Shown here: positions 8,929 through 16,260 of the stretch, piece by piece
How positions within the stretch are numbered: position 1 is the first letter of the stretch
Layout: each line of letters starts with the position of its first letter
Assembly: GCA_035540315.1 (NCBI GenBank)
Contig: DATLGW010000287.1
Location: 1 to 29,286 of the forward strand
Source: Burkholderiaceae bacterium
GTDB lineage: Bacteria > Pseudomonadota > Gammaproteobacteria > Burkholderiales > Burkholderiaceae_E
Length of the DNA: 29,286 bases
Direction of reading: 5' to 3'
Position numbers and translations under genes: made by a program
The notes under the pieces: model-generated
Seen by the model: only the letters and a program-made list of their open reading frames with translations
Database searches by the model: none
What the model was told of the DNA's origin: nothing

Positions 8929-9017
8929 GGCCGATTATCGCCTGCCACGTAGCGAATGATCCGATGCCGTTCGATTTCCTGATGATCGTTCGGCCGCCGA
9001 GCTGCCACCGGCCACCG

Positions 9018-9386
9018 CTACGCCGCGTGGCTGTCCGACACCGGCTGACCGAACTTCAGCAGGTTGCCGTGCGGGTCGATCACGTACATCTCGCGCATCC
9101 CCCAAGGCTGGTCGACCGGAGCCGCGAGTTCCAGCCCGCTGCGCCGGATCTGCGCAGCAAGCGCATCGAGGTCGGCGACGCGGACGTAGCAGGACGTGTT
9201 CTGCGCGATGTGCCGCTCCGTGCAGAACCAGTAATGGATCTCGCAGCCGTCGCGCTCGACGATCGCGTAACCGCCCGGCATCAGCAGCCGGGACGTGAAT
9301 CCGAGGTGGTTCGTCATGAACGCCACCGACGCTTCGATGTCGAGCGACGCGAGCACGGGAATCGTAGAGAGCAGTTTCGCGGACAT
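9018..9386 (-). CDS. VOC/glyoxalase-bleomycin-binding family protein
   Basis: IPVL...EASVAF...LGF, YVRVADLDAL and DQPWGMREMYVIDPHGNLLKFGQ; AGGA RBS favours ATG 9386 over 9392. Confidence 0.85.
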   Translation of the reverse strand: MSAKLLSTIPVLASLDIEASVAFMTNHLGFTSRLLMPGGYAIVERDGCEIHYWFCTERHIAQNTSCYVRVADLDALAAQIRRSGLELAAPVDQPWGMREMYVIDPHGNLLKFGQPVSDSHAA

Positions 9387-9405
9387 CGGCATCCTGTTCT
9401 CGCCG

Positions 9406-10683
9406 TCAGCCGGCCGCCAGCATCCCGTTCGCGATCCGTTCCGCCGTGCCCACGGAATCGGTCAAGCCCAGATGTCCGTGGCCGGCAGCGATCCACAGCC
9501 CAGGCTGACGCTTCGCGGGCCCGACGATCGGCACCGAGTCCGGCATGCACGGCCGATGACCCATCCAGCGGGTCGAAGGCACGCCGTCGAACCCTTCGAA
9601 CGTCTCGCGCGCGATCCGGTCCAGCAGGTCCGAGCGCCGCGGATCGGGCAGTCGCCTGAGGCCGCCGATCTCGACGGTGCCGCCGACGCGAACGCCGTCC
9701 TCCATCGGCGTGACGAACACCTTGCGATCTGCCAGCACGACGGTGCGCGAGACCGCCTGCGGCCCGCCGTGGTACTGAACGTGATAGCCGCGCTGGCTCT
9801 GCAGCCCGAGCCGCAGGCCCAGCGGCCACAGCAGGCGATCGGTCCCCATGCCGGCCGCCACGACCACGTGATCGAAGTCCTGGGAGCCGCCTTCGTGATG
9901 CAGGCGCCAGCGCGACTCGGGCAGCGGCCGGATCGCACGGACCCGTTGTCGCTGCACGCGGCCGGCGCGAGCGACGAACGCCGCAGCGATCGCCTGCACG
10001 TAGCGGAACGGATTGCGGATCGTCGCATGATCGGCGAGGAACACGCCGACCTGGTAGCGCGGACCGATCCGCGGCTCCAGTTCGAGGATGCCGGCGCGGT
10101 CGAGCTCGTCGAAGCGGAACCCGTAGCGCTTGCGCAGCGCCCAGCCCGCGGCGTCCTTTGCGAGCGCGCGCCGGTCCGGATACACGTAAAGATGCCCCCG
10201 ACGCAGGAACACCTCCGGCACGCCGACTTCGCGCGCGAGCGACTCGTGCTTGTCCATCGCACCCGCGTGCAGCGACGCCAGCGCGCGCGCCGCCTGCTCC
10301 ACCTGCGGGGGGCGGCTCGATGCGACGAACCGCATCAGCCAGGGCAGCGCGAACGGCAGGTGACCCAACGGCAGATACAGCGGACCGCGCGGATCGAGCA
10401 GCATCGACGGCACCGAGCTCAGCACGCCCGGCATCGCCAGCGGCACGACCGAGCTCTCGCTGATCGCGCCGGAGTTGCCGTAGCTGCAGCCGCGGCCGGG
10501 CTCGTCGCGATCGACAAGCGTGACGGCAGCGCCGCGCTTTCGCAGCTCGTAGGCGATGCAGCAGCCGACGATGCCGGCGCCGATGACTGCGACTTCGCCG
10601 AGCCGGTCGACGCGACCCGGGTCGTGCGCGTCGGACCGGGTCTCTGATACGTCAGGTCGGCTTTCGCTTGTCGCAGACGACAC
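9406..10683 (-). CDS. FAD-dependent oxidoreductase, D-amino acid dehydrogenase (DAO/DadA-like) family
   Basis: VAVIGAGIVG, GCSYGNSG, QRGYH, RVGGTVE, WMGHRPCMPDSVPIVG and GHGHLGLT motifs; GTG start preceded by AAGGA, overlapping the upstream gene by 32 nt. Confidence 0.9.
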   Translation of the reverse strand: MSSATSESRPDVSETRSDAHDPGRVDRLGEVAVIGAGIVGCCIAYELRKRGAAVTLVDRDEPGRGCSYGNSGAISESSVVPLAMPGVLSSVPSMLLDPRGPLYLPLGHLPFALPWLMRFVASSRPPQVEQAARALASLHAGAMDKHESLAREVGVPEVFLRRGHLYVYPDRRALAKDAAGWALRKRYGFRFDELDRAGILELEPRIGPRYQVGVFLADHATIRNPFRYVQAIAAAFVARAGRVQRQRVRAIRPLPESRWRLHHEGGSQDFDHVVVAAGMGTDRLLWPLGLRLGLQSQRGYHVQYHGGPQAVSRTVVLADRKVFVTPMEDGVRVGGTVEIGGLRRLPDPRRSDLLDRIARETFEGFDGVPSTRWMGHRPCMPDSVPIVGPAKRQPGLWIAAGHGHLGLTDSVGTAERIANGMLAAG

Positions 10684-11866
10684 GTCCGTCCTTGATCACC
10701 AGCTGCAGCCGACGCAGGTTGTTGATGTTCTCCAGCGGGTTCGCGCCGACGACGATCAGGTCGGCGATCTTGCCCTTCTCGACGGTGCCGAGCTCCTCGC
10801 CCATGCCGCAGATCGCCGCGCCGTGGCGAGTTGCCGCCACCAGCGTCTGCCAGGGCGTCGCGCCGCTGCGCGTCCACAGCCCCATCTCGAGCAGCGCCGC
10901 ATCCTTCAGCGGCCGGATGTCCGAGCCGAGCGCCATCTTCACGCCCGCCTTCACCGCCTTCGCGAACCACTCGGTATGCGTGTCCGACGCCGCCTCGGCG
11001 CGGCAGCACAACGCATGCGACAGGTTGCGCTGCTTGGTCCAGCTAGCCTCCCATTCGTTCGTCGCCTGCTTCGGCGTCAGGTGGCTGATCGCCAGCGTCG
11101 GCACGAGCCAGGTGCCGTGCTGCAGGAACAGCTCGATGCACTCGTCGTCCATGATGTAGCCGTGCTCGACGCTGTGCGCGCCCAGCCGGATCGCCGCCTT
11201 CACCGCCTCCGGGTTCGTCGCATGCGCCATCACCTTGAACTCGCGCCGGTGGCAGATCTCGAATGCCGCCTTGAGCTCGTCCTGCAGCAGGAACGAATGC
11301 GTGTGCAGATCCCACGGCGGCCCCATGATGCCGCCCGACAGGTTCAGCTTGATGTGGTCGACGCCGTTCTTGATCTGCTCGCGGATCGCCTTGACGAACC
11401 CGTACGGCCCGTCGCACTCGAGCGCGTGGCCCGACGTCAGGAAGTGGCCGCCGGTGGTGGTGAGGAAATGGCCGCTCGCGAAAAGTCGCGGCCCGACGTA
11501 CTGCCCCGACTCGAACGCCCGCTTCCACGCGACGTCCATGTAGTGATGCGCGCCCGCGCAGCGAAAGCCGACGATGCCCGATTCGGTCAGCGCCGCCATC
11601 AGCCGATGCCCGAACAGCGTCACCTGGTCGGCGATCGGCATGTCGGCGAGCGACTGGAAATAATCCGGGTGGATGTGGACGTCCCACAGGCCGGGCAACA
11701 GATACGCGCCGTTCAGATCGATCACGTGATCGCCCGGTTCGGGCGCGCGACCGCCGCCGGCCGCGACCTCGCTGATACGGCCGTTCTCGATGACGACGGT
11801 GGATTTCGGCTTCGGCGCCGGATCGATCGCGTCGATCAGCGTCGCGTCGACGAGGAAAGTTCGCAT
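10652..11866 (-). CDS. Metal-dependent amidohydrolase (TIM-barrel, prolidase-like subgroup)
   Basis: PGLWDVHIH (HxH), HIKL (carbamylated Lys position), MAHA, EHG and LGSD motifs, plus C-terminal GTVEKGKIADLIVV. ATG 11866 preferred over TTG 11899. Confidence 0.9.
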   Translation of the reverse strand: MRTFLVDATLIDAIDPAPKPKSTVVIENGRISEVAAGGGRAPEPGDHVIDLNGAYLLPGLWDVHIHPDYFQSLADMPIADQVTLFGHRLMAALTESGIVGFRCAGAHHYMDVAWKRAFESGQYVGPRLFASGHFLTTTGGHFLTSGHALECDGPYGFVKAIREQIKNGVDHIKLNLSGGIMGPPWDLHTHSFLLQDELKAAFEICHRREFKVMAHATNPEAVKAAIRLGAHSVEHGYIMDDECIELFLQHGTWLVPTLAISHLTPKQATNEWEASWTKQRNLSHALCCRAEAASDTHTEWFAKAVKAGVKMALGSDIRPLKDAALLEMGLWTRSGATPWQTLVAATRHGAAICGMGEELGTVEKGKIADLIVVGANPLENINNLRRLQLVIKDGRVVCDKRKPT

Positions 11867-11888
11867 CAGCGGCTCGTTCGGCAGGCCT

Positions 11889-12863
11889 TCATTCCGCAAC
11901 GATGCCGACCTTTTCGGCCAGCTTCGTCCACTTCGCGACCTCGTTCTGAATGAACCGGCCGAACTCCTGCGGCGACGTCGGCGACGGCCTCACGCCGCGA
12001 TCCTCGAACGACTTGCGCAGCTCGGGCGACTGCAGCGCCGCGACTGTCTCCTTGTGCAGCCGCTCGATGATCGGCTGCGGCGTCTTCGCCGGCGCGAGCA
12101 GACCGAACCAGGTGCCGCCGACCAGCGCCGGAAAGCCGGCCTCGGCCATCGTCGGCACGTTCGGCGCGCCCGGCAGGCGCTCTTGCGCCGTCACCGCGAG
12201 CGCCTTGAGCCGCCCGGCAGCGACGTGCGCGAGCGTCGCCGGCGGCGTGTCGAACGTGTACTGGATCTGGCCGCCGATCAGGTCGGTGATCGACGGACCG
12301 CTGCCCTTGTACGGCACATGCACCGCCTGCACCTGCGCGGTGACCTTGAAGAGCTCGCCGAACAGATGGTTCGACGTGTTGTTGCCGAAGGAAGAATAGT
12401 TCAGCTTGTTCGGATTCGCGCGCGCATGGGCGATGAACTCCGCGAGCGTGTTCGCCGGCACGCTCGGGTGCGTGACCAGCAGGAACGGCACCTGCCCCAC
12501 CAGCGTGATCGGCTGCAGATCCTTCACCGGATCGTAGGGCATCGCCTTGACCGTCACCGGCGCGATCGACACCTCGGGCGACGCGGCGAGCAGGATCGTG
12601 TAGCCGTCGGGCTCGGCGCGCACCACCGACGATGCGCCGACCGTTCCCCCCGCACCCGAGCGGTTCTCGACGATCACTTGCTGCCCGAGGCTCTTGCTCA
12701 GGCGCTCGGCGAGCAAGCGGCCGGAGACGTCGGTGCTGCCGCCGGGCGGGTACGCGATCACCATGCGGATCGGCTTCGTGGGCCAGGCACTCGCTTGGGC
12801 GAAGCACAGCGCAGGTGCGAGCGCTGCGAGCAGGACGAGAAGGGATTTGCGGAGCCCGTTCAT
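11889..12863 (-). CDS. Bug/TctC tripartite tricarboxylate transporter substrate-binding protein
   Basis: Signal peptide, WPTKPIRMVIAYPPGGSTD, VENRSGAGG, VPYKGSGP and W.GLLAPAKTP motifs. Confidence 0.95.
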   Translation of the reverse strand: MNGLRKSLLVLLAALAPALCFAQASAWPTKPIRMVIAYPPGGSTDVSGRLLAERLSKSLGQQVIVENRSGAGGTVGASSVVRAEPDGYTILLAASPEVSIAPVTVKAMPYDPVKDLQPITLVGQVPFLLVTHPSVPANTLAEFIAHARANPNKLNYSSFGNNTSNHLFGELFKVTAQVQAVHVPYKGSGPSITDLIGGQIQYTFDTPPATLAHVAAGRLKALAVTAQERLPGAPNVPTMAEAGFPALVGGTWFGLLAPAKTPQPIIERLHKETVAALQSPELRKSFEDRGVRPSPTSPQEFGRFIQNEVAKWTKLAEKVGIVAE

Positions 12864-12938
12864 CGGGTCTTTCCTTTCGTGTGAGGTGTGTGGCTGGATC
12901 AGGAGCGGCGCGAGCCATGGAGGCTGCGCGAACCCTGG

Positions 12939-12951
12939 CGCAGGTTGACTT
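12939..12951 (+). repeat. 13-bp direct repeat, copy 1 (CGCAGGTTGACTT)
   Basis: Identical to 13888-13900; contains a TTGACT -35-like hexamer. Confidence 0.5.
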
Positions 12952-13027
12952 TATTCAATAGCATTTCCTCGTGCAACAACCTCCGTGGAGCGCCCCGACA
13001 GATGACCCCGCTTGACAGGAGCCCACG

Positions 13028-13897
13028 ATGCCGCGACCGCTGATCGTCGCGGCCGCGCAGACCGGCAGCGTCGCCGAAGGCGGCGCTGCCGCCGTCGCCG
13101 AGGTCGCGCACGGCATGCTGGACGAGGCCGGCCGCGCCGGCGTGCGGCTGCTGACGTTCTGCGAGCTGTTCCTCGCGCCGTTCTTTCCGAACCGGCTCGA
13201 AGAGGACTTCGACCGCTGGTTCATGACCGTCGACGATCCGCTTGTCCGAGGCCTGCAGGACAAGGCGAAGCGGCTCGGGATCGCGCTGGTGCTGCCGATC
13301 GCCGAGCGCTCGAACGCCGGCTACTTCAACAGCGCAATGGTGCTCGACGAAAACGGCGCGCTCGCCGGCATCTACCGCAAGACCCACATCCCCGCCTACT
13401 TCCCGACCGCCGGCGAAGGCGGCACCGGCAGCTTCGAGAAGATGTACTTCACGCCGGGCAGCACGCTCGACGTCTACGCCGTCGCAGGCACGCGTATCGG
13501 CATCCAGATCTGCAACGATCGGCTGTATCCGGAGGCGTCGCGCGTGCTGGCGCTGAAGGGCGCGGAGTTGATCGCGATGCCGATCAGCTTCTCGACCTAT
13601 GCCGATCCCACACACCGCGCATCGATCTGGGAGGTGCCGCTGCGCGCGCGGGCATACGAGAACGGCGTGTTCGTGGTGGCGTGCAATCGCGTGGGGGTCG
13701 AGGGGCCGCGGCACCATCTGGGGCGCAGCCTGGTCGTGGATCCGCGGGGGATGATCGTGCGGGAGGCGGGGACGGAGAAGGTGGAGTTGCTGGTGGTGCA
13801 GCTCGATCTGGACGATGTGGCCAAGGCGCGCAAGAAGTTTCCTTGGTGGCGGGATCGGCGGCCGGACTTGTATGGGTCACTGGGGAACGCAGGTTGA
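13028..13897 (+). CDS. Nitrilase-superfamily amidase (N-carbamoyl-amino-acid / N-carbamoylputrescine amidase-like)
   Basis: Triad motifs CELF, YRKTHIP and ICNDRLYPE; NRVGVEG and RDRRPDLY; AGGAG RBS at 13017-13021. Confidence 0.88.
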   Translation: MPRPLIVAAAQTGSVAEGGAAAVAEVAHGMLDEAGRAGVRLLTFCELFLAPFFPNRLEEDFDRWFMTVDDPLVRGLQDKAKRLGIALVLPIAERSNAGYFNSAMVLDENGALAGIYRKTHIPAYFPTAGEGGTGSFEKMYFTPGSTLDVYAVAGTRIGIQICNDRLYPEASRVLALKGAELIAMPISFSTYADPTHRASIWEVPLRARAYENGVFVVACNRVGVEGPRHHLGRSLVVDPRGMIVREAGTEKVELLVVQLDLDDVAKARKKFPWWRDRRPDLYGSLGNAG

Positions 13898-13900
13898 CTT
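13888..13900 (+). repeat. 13-bp direct repeat, copy 2 (CGCAGGTTGACTT)
   Basis: Includes the amidase TGA stop; identical to 12939-12951. Confidence 0.5.
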
Positions 13901-13909
13901 GCGAGAGCG

Positions 13910-14404
13910 ATGGCTCAATCCGACCGACCACCGCCCGACGCGACCTGGCTCGAACTGAAGATTCCGCCGCCCGCCGTGGTGGCGATCGCGGCCGCAGCGA
14001 TGTGGCTGCTGCCGGCGGTGGCGACGACACCGCGCCTCGGTCCGCTGCACGCGTGGTGGGCTGCTGCGCTCGCAGCGGCGGGCGCAGCGGTCGCGCTGGC
14101 CGGTGTGATCGAGTTTCGGCGCGCGCACACGACGATCGACCCGAGGCGCCCGTCGGCCGCGTCGGCCCTGGTCGTACAAGGCATCTATCGGTACACGCGC
14201 AACCCGATGTACCTCGGCATGCTGATCGTGCTGCTCGGGTGGGCGGTGTACCTGGCGAAGCTGTCGGCGTTCCTGGCGCTGCCGCTGTTCGTCTGGTACC
14301 TGACCGTCTTCCAGATCCGCCCCGAGGAACGGGCGCTGCGCGAGCGATTCGGCGCCGAGTTCGATGCCTATGCCGCGCGCGTACGGCGCTGGGTGGGTCG
14401 CTGA
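13910..14404 (+). CDS. Isoprenylcysteine carboxyl methyltransferase / phospholipid methyltransferase family membrane protein
   Basis: LVVQGIYRYTRNPMYLG and IRPEERAL...FGAEFDAYAARVRRW motifs; hydrophobic segments. Confidence 0.9.
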   Translation: MAQSDRPPPDATWLELKIPPPAVVAIAAAAMWLLPAVATTPRLGPLHAWWAAALAAAGAAVALAGVIEFRRAHTTIDPRRPSAASALVVQGIYRYTRNPMYLGMLIVLLGWAVYLAKLSAFLALPLFVWYLTVFQIRPEERALRERFGAEFDAYAARVRRWVGR

Positions 14405-14649
14405 ACATCAAGGATCAGGAAGCGCACCAGCTTGCGCAGGCGCTTGCGAAGGCAACCGGAGAAACCATGACGCAAGCGGTCAAAAAGGCCCTGCAGGAGC
14501 GGCTCCAGCGCGTTCGCAGCCAGCGCCGCGATTCACGCGTCGTTGCGGCAGACTTGCTCGCAATCGGTCGACGGTGCGCGCGAAGCGCCAAGAAGCGTCC
14601 TCTCGATCACACCGCCATCCTCTACGACGATCGAGGAATACCGCGGTGA
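14398..14649 (+). pseudogene. vapB: VapB-type antitoxin (LNIKD family) lacking a canonical start codon
   Basis: SLNIKDQEAHQLAQALAKATGETMTQAV...LYDDRGIPR*; the codon before TCG CTG AAC is GGG rather than ATG; GTGA overlap with vapC. Confidence 0.75.
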
Positions 14650-14852
14650 TCGTCGACACTTCGGCGGTGCTCGCCATCCTGTTCGACGCGCACGTGGCCC
14701 GTCAGGCGTATGCCGAGTTTGGAAAAGGCCGGCACCGTGCCGGACTCGACTTCGGTGATTGCTTCGCCTACGCACTGGCCAAGACGACAGGGGAGAAGCT
14801 GCTGTTCAAGGGCGATGACTTCCGCAAGACGGATGTCGAGTCGGCGCTCTGA
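14646..14852 (+). pseudogene. vapC: VapC PIN-domain toxin with a large in-frame internal deletion (68 aa left)
   Basis: MIVDTSAVLAILF is joined directly to DAHVARQAYAEFGKGRHRAGLDFGDCFAYALAK..GEKLLFKGDDF. PIN toxins of this type are typically about 130 aa. Confidence 0.85.
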
Positions 14853-14967
14853 GCGCGAGGCGCAAGCGGAATAGGTCTGCCCGATCAGCCGTTGCGAGCC
14901 GCCGGATCGAACGGCGGGCAGCTGGTACCGGCGGCGATACGGGGCGGGACTGCACCTCGATGCAGCG

Positions 14968-16137
14968 TCATCCGGCCGCCAGCATGGCAGCCAGCTCCTC
15001 GAGCCCGATGGCCTCTACGTTCTCGCCCCTCCGGTAGCGTTCAGCCCCGGAGTAGACGATGAATGCGCGCTGTGGTTTCAGATCCTCGCAGGCGTAGTGG
15101 AACCCCTTGTCGAGTGTCGGAGCGCGGCCCCGCTTTATCTCCACGGCCCACAGCTTGCCGCCGGGCATCTCCAGCACCAGATCGACCTCGGCGCCGGCAG
15201 ACGTGCGGTAGAAGTACGCCGGAGTACGTTCCGGTGCCGCGCCGAGAAGATTTTCGATGACGAACCCTTCCCAGCTTCCGCCGACGACCGGGTGGCCCAG
15301 CACCGCTTCGCGATCGTCGAGCCGCAGCAGCGTGTGCACGATCCCACTGTCGCGCACGTAGACCTTCGGCGATTTCACCAGCCGCTTGCCGACGTTGGCG
15401 TGCAAAGGCGGCAGCCGTCGCACCAGCAGCAGGTCCACCAGCAGATCGAGATAGCGGGCGACGGTCTTGCCATCGACACCCAAGCCGCGTGCCAGCTGCG
15501 CCGCATTCAGCGTCGTGCCCTGCAGATGCGCAAGCATGGTCCAGAAGCGGCGCAGCGCTTCCGCCGGCACGCGCGGCCCGAGCTGCGGGATGTCTCGCTC
15601 CAGATAGGTCCGAATGAAATTTGCGCGCCAGATCGCGCTGGCCTCGTCTGAACCGGCAAGGTAGCTGTCGGGGAATCCGCCCCGGACCCAGAGCTTGTCC
15701 GGCGAGTCATCGTCGACTTCGAGCACGTTGAACGGCCCCAATTCGACATACGCGATGCGGCCGGCGAGCGTTTCGCCGGACTGTCTGATCAAGTCCACCG
15801 ACGCCGAGCCCAGCAGCAGGAACCGCCCGGCGCGGCGATTGCGGCGGCGCCCCTTGTCGATCAGGCCGCGCAGGGTCTGGAACAGCTCCGGCATGCGCTG
15901 GACTTCATCCAGGATGACCAGCGTGTTTTCGTGAGCCGACAGATACAGCGCCGCATCAGCCAGCTTCTCGCGATCCGCCACGTCCTCGAGATCGAGATAG
16001 ACGCTGGACCGCACTGCGGCGATCTGTTCGGCCAGCGTCGTTTTTCCCGCCTGCCGAGGCCCGAGCACCGCCACCGCCGGGAATTGGTCCAACCGGGCGC
16101 GGACGATCTGCTGCTTGTGGCGAGGGACGATCAACAT
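14968..16137 (-). CDS. AAA+ ATPase with DUF4143 domain
   Basis: GPRQAGKTT Walker A, ILDEVQ Walker B, FLLLGSAS, RGGFP, YLERDI, VKSPKVYVRDSG and YFYRTSAGAEVDLVL...AVEIK (PD-(D/E)XK-like tail). ATG 16137 or 16161. Confidence 0.92.
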   Translation of the reverse strand: MLIVPRHKQQIVRARLDQFPAVAVLGPRQAGKTTLAEQIAAVRSSVYLDLEDVADREKLADAALYLSAHENTLVILDEVQRMPELFQTLRGLIDKGRRRNRRAGRFLLLGSASVDLIRQSGETLAGRIAYVELGPFNVLEVDDDSPDKLWVRGGFPDSYLAGSDEASAIWRANFIRTYLERDIPQLGPRVPAEALRRFWTMLAHLQGTTLNAAQLARGLGVDGKTVARYLDLLVDLLLVRRLPPLHANVGKRLVKSPKVYVRDSGIVHTLLRLDDREAVLGHPVVGGSWEGFVIENLLGAAPERTPAYFYRTSAGAEVDLVLEMPGGKLWAVEIKRGRAPTLDKGFHYACEDLKPQRAFIVYSGAERYRRGENVEAIGLEELAAMLAAG

Positions 16138-16173
16138 TGCAATTATGGACTTCAAAGCCATAAATGCAATGTT
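16133..16173. promoter_or_regulatory. AT-rich inverted repeat covering the AAA-DUF4143 start codon
   Basis: AACATTGCAATTATGG-acttcaaag-CCATAAATGCAATGTT: 16-bp arms with one mismatch. Confidence 0.7.
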
Positions 16174-16260
16174 TGAGGCAGTCCCCGCGGGTGCGTCGGG
16201 TACGATTCCCCGACACCGTCGAGCCCCCTGTCACAACCCGCCAACGCCGCCCTGCAACGG

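Noticed and set aside
13012-14649. 545-aa ORF spanning amidase, methyltransferase and vapB
   Set aside because: Off-frame noise except the last ~83 codons, which are the start-less vapB. No evidence of a real fusion protein.
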